Shown here: piece after piece, positions 50,853-64,000 of the stretch | Numbering within the stretch: position 1 is the stretch's first letter | Layout: each line of letters begins with the position of its first letter | Source: Lingula anatina | Lineage: Eukaryota; Animalia; Brachiopoda | Length of the DNA stretch: 64,000 bases | Direction of reading: 5' to 3' | Assembly (NCBI GenBank): GCA_051362555.1 | Contig: CM120640.1 | Coordinates: 13,578,001-13,642,000 of the forward strand | Translations under genes and position numbers: made by a program | Notes under the pieces: model-generated | Seen by the model: the letters and a program-made list of their open reading frames with translations, nothing else | What the model was told of the DNA's origin: nothing | The model's database searches: none

Positions 50853-51409
50853 ATCTTGATCAACGCGTTGTTGTGGTATGTTGAATTTCTTTTTTGTTTT
50901 CAAACACCTGAATTAAAAAAATGAGTGACAGCATTGTGGATTATGTAGTACAGTAATGTACAAATAAAAGTTTTTATCTTCTTTTTCTTTAATTGCCACT
51001 TGGGATAATATGTATTTTTCTTACTTACGTGAATATTTGCCTCTGGAATGTTGAAAATAATTAAACCAGATCACTTAAACTGGGCCAAAATAAACGTTAT
51101 CGAACAGGAAGGCGAGAAATTTCTGTATGCTTCCTAGTTGACCTAGTTTTCAAATAGGTCATCGACAGGCTCGCAGTTTCCGTTCCATTTTAGTTTATTT
51201 ATTAGTATATTTAATAAAATATTTTTAGAGAAAATAATTCACGTAAATTTAATTTTTAAGAATATATTTTTTCATTCTACGCTTGCATAAAAAAGTGAGC
51301 AATTTTAAGACAAGAGAAGGAAAACGGTTTGCATCTGTCTAACCCTTTTTTGCCGTGACCAGTAGAACGTAGGTTGTTCCAAGGACGAAAGTGACAGATC
51401 CCTTCCAAT

Positions 51410-58880
<7,471 letters not shown>

Positions 58881-61190
58881 ATTCTTGACCTGTCATGTTA
58901 CATTGCCATTATTGGCTTGTGCAAGGTTTGAGTGCAGTTCTACATTTATTTCTATGTTATGTTTCAAGCACATTTTTTCTGGATTAAGCAGACTATCAGG
59001 TAATAAAAAAACAAAAACTTAAAGCTAGGTTTGTTATGTGATATTCGGTTGTGCTTAAGAATATTCATGAAAATTAGATCCCTACTTCTTTGGCATCTTG
59101 TGGAAGGTTTTGTTTAAATCTCATCTTGGCTTTGCCACAACTGGAACTGGCAGCATTCTTTACTAGCTCTATGGCTGCACCTAAACTAGTATTTCTCAAG
59201 ATATTAATAATGATTGTCCCCCCCCTCCCAAACACACACACCAAGAAACATATTAGAAAAACCCTATTTTCCAAAATGTGTGGATCTAATTTTCATGCCT
59301 TTCAACGGAAGCTGTCTATAGATCCAATTAAACTTTAACTTAGTTGGCTGGAAACAATTATATAAATTTATTTCATTTAAAGCTGGCTCTTTTCATGTTT
59401 TAAGCTGATGTTTCATTTCTACAAGCAGAAAAAGTTTATTTTGAGATGCATTATCATAACATTTCACTTTTTACCAGAATTTAACAGTCATTTTCTCCTG
59501 TTTCTGCAAAATATACATCAATTAATGTAACTTGATGGCTTTGAATCAGCATTCTTGTAACTTTGTTGTGACAACAATGTGGTAGGGAGGCAAGAATGCT
59601 CAAAAGCAGTAAGGTAAGGTGTAATTTTATAAATAAGGTTTTTTTAATATCCTTATCATTAACAATATTTTTGGCTTGCGTTTACCATTTCAGGAGCTAG
59701 TTCAGTACCATTTATTTAAAGCATTACAAGATTATCAAAATATTTTGAATTATACAAAGAATTTGATGCCAATTTTTAATTTAATTGCAATTTTTTTTCT
59801 GGCTGATATTTCCATGTAAAGGTCATTTTCTCTATATGAAATTGTTACTGTACAAGATGTTATATTTTCAAGTATGTCTTTTTTAATTAAAAAAAATAGT
59901 ATTTAGGATTATGTCCTCATACTTGTTCTACACTATAGACAGTAAAACATTGATCTGACCTAGTCACCTACTGATGATTAGGTTATAATTGTAAAAAATG
60001 AAGAATTAAGGAATAGATTTTTACCAAAGAACTGTGTATTAATATGAAATACAGAGTTTATTCAAGGTCAAAATTTTCAGTCATCAGTCTTTTTTTTCAG
60101 TTACCTAAATTGTATTAAAATATATATGTATATCAAAGTAGTTTATGCTTGTATTTTTCAAGTGTTATTTTTTTAATATTCAGTAAACAATATTTATTTC
60201 TGAGTCAACTAATAACAACCTATCAAGAAGAAATGTGTGAAACTAATGTTTGTTAATTTCAAAACAATTGTGATTGCACCGCAATTTTTGCAGCACACTC
60301 TGCTTTTGTAACTCACACCATTTGATATTGACTATCATTTGTCCACAGTACACAACTGAACAATTTGTCATGTTAAGATTTAGTGTGATGGCCATCCCTG
60401 TCATGTCAAGACAAGGCTAGTCATTAAGGCCACTTTCCTGGTGAAGTATTTTATCAATTCACATTGTGAGATTATATGACATTATTCAAGGAGTAAATGT
60501 TCAAAATGTAGTCTAGTAAATTTATTTATAAGTTTTCAGCATATGTGAAATAGCATTTCTAGACCACATTAGATGCTGTTAAGTTTTACAGGTGTTCATT
60601 TTTAAGTTGAAAGCAGGCAGTCAACAGGTATTCTGAATTAGTTTCATTACAAACATAATGTCTGCTGCATGCATGAGTAAATAGTTGCTTCTCGCTGTTG
60701 TGATGCTACTTTAATTGGTATCAATGCATTGTATGAATGCCACAGTGTCAAACTCACTGCTCATCATTGTAAAGAACCAAGATTAATAAAGTAATACTAG
60801 ATATTTGAAAAAGTCAACAATAAGTTTTGTTTTTCTTACAGAACACAATCCATACATATTTCTTTACATCGTTACTATTGAGTGGAAAAATCAGTTTGGT
60901 GGAGGAGATTTTGCTTGCCCTGACTGATGTACAAGTCTGCATTAAGAAGACCAACAAGAAAACCATCACCTTAAACAACCAATGATTATAATACAACAAT
61001 GGAATGGAACAGGACTTGACAAAACTGGAATGAAAGAAAGGAAACCTTTTGAAACTTTGCTATAGCAATGCCAAAGGAAGATGTTTTAGTGTTTTTTCCA
61101 CTGATAGTTGCTATTATTTTTGTCAAAATTTTTATGTCCGGTTGTAGGCACTAAGGGAGTCATTTTTCTCATGCAAACAAATATATCATA

Positions 61191-61768
61191 TATTTTTCAT
61201 TTTATCTTTAACCCCCCCCCCCCCTTCCCCCGCTCACAGCATATCTTCATCTGAGAATCGTTCGCGTAATATCCTCAGGACTTTGTTCGCGATGTAAGAT
61301 CGTCGGAGGGTGTTCGTTCGCGAACCAAGCGAGACGAAAAGACAATTTTCATATCATCATCGGGAGATCGTTCGCGATGTAAGCGAGAATAAAATGCACT
61401 TTTCATATTAGTTCAAGGGAACTTCGTTCGTGGAAGATCGTCACCAGGAGATCATTATTTTAACCCCCCTCCCCCTTTGAATTTTATAAATAATATGTAT
61501 TTTTCATTTTATCTTTATACCCCCCCCCTTCCCCTTCCCCGCTCACGGCATATCTTCGGCGAAGAATCGTTTGCGTAATATCGTCAGGACTTTGTTCGCG
61601 TAAGATCGTCAGAGGGAAATCGTTCGCGATCCGAGTGAGACGAAAAGGCAATTTTCATATCATCATCGGGAGATCGTTCGCGATGTAAGCAATAATAAAA
61701 TGCAGTTTTCATATTAGTTCAAGGAACTTAAATTGCAGATGATCGTCAGCGGGAGCAATTATTTTAAC
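61191..61768 (+). repeat. Two diverged tandem copies of a ~307-bp CpG-rich unit
   Basis: Copies start at 61191 and 61498; poly-C head; recurrent (ATC)GTTCGCG motif. Confidence 0.85.
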
Positions 61769-62620
61769 TGCCTGTAAATTTTTAGGAAGTTACAGATGGT
61801 AATTTTAGAAGGCCCGACTATCCTGGGAAAAGCCCTGCATGCAACAAACTTTGCCAAGTGCGTAATTTTTTTTAATATGTCGCATCCAGGTTATGATGCA
61901 AGGTTGTAATTAGGCTTATCTTGATCCTTCTCCTCTAACAGGAGGTATGTTTCTTACCGAGAAGATAATTCTCAACATATTTTCAGGTACAGTAAGTTAA
62001 ATATAACTTAAAAGAGATGCACAAATAAATAGATAATTATTTACCACCAGAAAATGACTTAGGAAGTTGTAATAAATATCCTACAATATAGGAGGGTCAA
62101 AGATAACACCCGCTAAGGATAAAAGCACAAAGGCAGGATTTTTGAAAATTTCGTCATACCCAGGAGTCGGGGAGAGGTAATTTTGAAAAATCAGTCGGAT
62201 TTACATAATTAAAAATATTAATTAATTTTTAAGTGACGAAATTTTCAAGACTTTACCGTAAATCTGACAAAAAACTCAAAGAATTAAATATAGGACAAAA
62301 ACCTGTATTTCCACAAGAAATAAAAAAATCTACATCTTAAAATAAAGTATACTTTACCAACATTTTTGATACTATATCAGATTTGTTTTTGGCAGTTGTA
62401 AATTAAAATTTTCCATGAAATCAATGAATATAATAGTTGTCAAGTTTCAAAGTTTTTTAGCTGAACAATAACCCTGCCTTGTTGAACTCTGCATAAATAT
62501 TCTTCTTAAAAATGTATCGTTAAAGCCATAAGGACGTTTGCTCACTATTTCTTCTGCATAGGCAGTTTTATTCTGAGATTTTAAAATGTTCCTTTAATAT
62601 CACCAATGTTTTTGTTTTGT

Positions 62621-63942
62621 TCAGCTATCAGCTGTTGGCTCCTCTGCTGGTGGCTCATAAGCTTGAAGCTAAAATGATAATTAAAATAGATACATCACTA
62701 ATTTGAGCACACTTGCCTTAGCGAATAGAAGACAAGACTTGTTGGTAAATTTTCATAAACCTGTACTTGACCATTACTGTACACTGCTCAATTCTAACTA
62801 CTGAACAAATATGACACAACAGAATACTAGTAAGATGAAATTAGCCTACTTTTGCTTTGAGGTCACTGTTTTCCTCTGTTAGTTGTTCTACTTTCTGACG
62901 TAATTCAGTGACTTCCAGTTTTAAGGCCTCCACATCTGCAGTCTCTGGTCCACCACTTCCTAAATGGTGCTTCAGAAAGCTTAGATATATCAAGGAAATC
63001 AACATTTTTTTGTTGTTTTGGTTGGTTTTACTTTTATTAAGAATAATTAAACCTATATCAAAATTGGTACTACCTATATCAGAACAAGAACAAAATGTAG
63101 AAATAAAACATGCCATTTAAAATTCTTTTAAGTACATGTGTACATTATTAGTGCCCCTGTGCAACAGTTCCAAAAATATGAGGGCAAGTTAATTCATGAC
63201 TAAAGAGTGACATCTTGTACTGTCTCTGCTGTAATCACTTATCATTTGTGAACAAGCCATTTAATTTATAGGCAAAAACTGTCAGCCTACAACAATCAAA
63301 TGCATACATTATTTACATAAAGCAATCCCAAAAATACATTTAGACCTGCAAGAAGGACAGCTCCCATGGTTTGTTACATTGAACACACATTTCACATTTA
63401 ATTTATTCAGCACTCACAAACTTCAACAAAAAAAGGATACTCTAGTGCATTATTTGGCTTCTCAGGTTCTTCATATAGACCAACTAAAACTGAAAAAAAA
63501 AAACATAATATTGTTTAATACTGGAAAAACGACAAGTGTCTCATTTTTCAAATATTTCCATTTGCCCAATATTCACGCTTACAAGTACATACCCATGGCC
63601 CTGGAGGCATGTTAATTTGATTGCATTCAGCAAGAGTCCCTGTGGAGTAAATGTGCAGTAGCTATTGGGACCTGGCTCATTCTGAATGACCCAAATGCCA
63701 AACTGCAACATTTGTTGTTGTTGAATTAAAAACACTATAGTAGGCTCTTCAGTTTCATTTATAAATATTCTTGAGTCTCTACAAATTTCAAGATTAATAT
63801 AAGGCATTTACCTGATAACACAAAAAGATTGAAATATATGACAATGAGTAAACATGTTTCTATAAATACCTTTTGTTAAGGCATCCAGAACACCTGCCTT
63901 TTCCAGGTATTTTCTAAACTCTTCCCTCTTAGAATCTGCAGC
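62621..63942 (-). CDS. MYCBP: c-Myc-binding protein (AMY-1) homolog; first exon lies beyond the right edge
   Basis: Exons 63870-63942 AADSKREEFRKYLEKAGVLDALTK, 63441-63489 VLVGLYEEPEKPNNAL, 62850-62979 DFLKHHLG...LKAK, 62621-62668 LQAYEPPAEEPTADS*. Confidence 0.95.
62980..63440 (-). other. U12-type (minor spliceosome) GT-AG intron in MYCBP
   Basis: 5' splice site GTATCCTTT; branch site TTCCTTGAT about 10 nt before the AG; no polypyrimidine tract. Confidence 0.88.
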
Positions 63943-64000
63943 CTGAAATTAATTTATCCAAGTTTTAAAGGCAGTGTTTATAAAATAAGTACTTGACAAT

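Noticed and set aside
61191-61768. CRISPR-like array or bacterial contamination
   Set aside because: No constant repeat with unique spacers, no cas genes, and the region is embedded among spliced animal genes
62142-62248. 15-bp inverted repeat TTGAAAATTTCGTCA/TGACGAAATTTTCAA
   Set aside because: Probably the interior of a decayed MITE; boundaries and target duplication cannot be defined

Overview
Intron-rich, AT-rich animal genomic DNA (invertebrate bilaterian; probably a mollusc or other lophotrochozoan, which is an inference). Host genes in order: EFCAB5-like (-, runs off the left edge), Slingshot phosphatase (+, head-to-head with EFCAB5), TMCO6/importin-alpha-like ARM protein (-), MND1 (+), a candidate spliced microprotein or lncRNA gene (-), NADP-malic enzyme (+) and MYCBP (-, runs off the right edge, with a U12-type intron). 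The standout feature is an intact-looking ~8 kb PHIS/ISL2EU-type DNA transposon (37116-45102, probable AT target duplication) between TMCO6 and the MND1 coding exons. It encodes a THAP-HTH-DDE transposase and a convergent SWIM-YqaJ exonuclease and has very long (855 bp) terminal inverted repeats that look identical by eye. Each repeat carries splice signals for 5' leader exons and a cleanly folding tRNA-like Pol III unit with a 5-nt anticodon loop. The window also holds several palindromic PIF/Harbinger-type MITEs (one nested in another), a probable solo LTR, a decayed LINE and a CpG-rich tandem duplication. All calls were made by eye; family names rest on motif recognition, not database searches.
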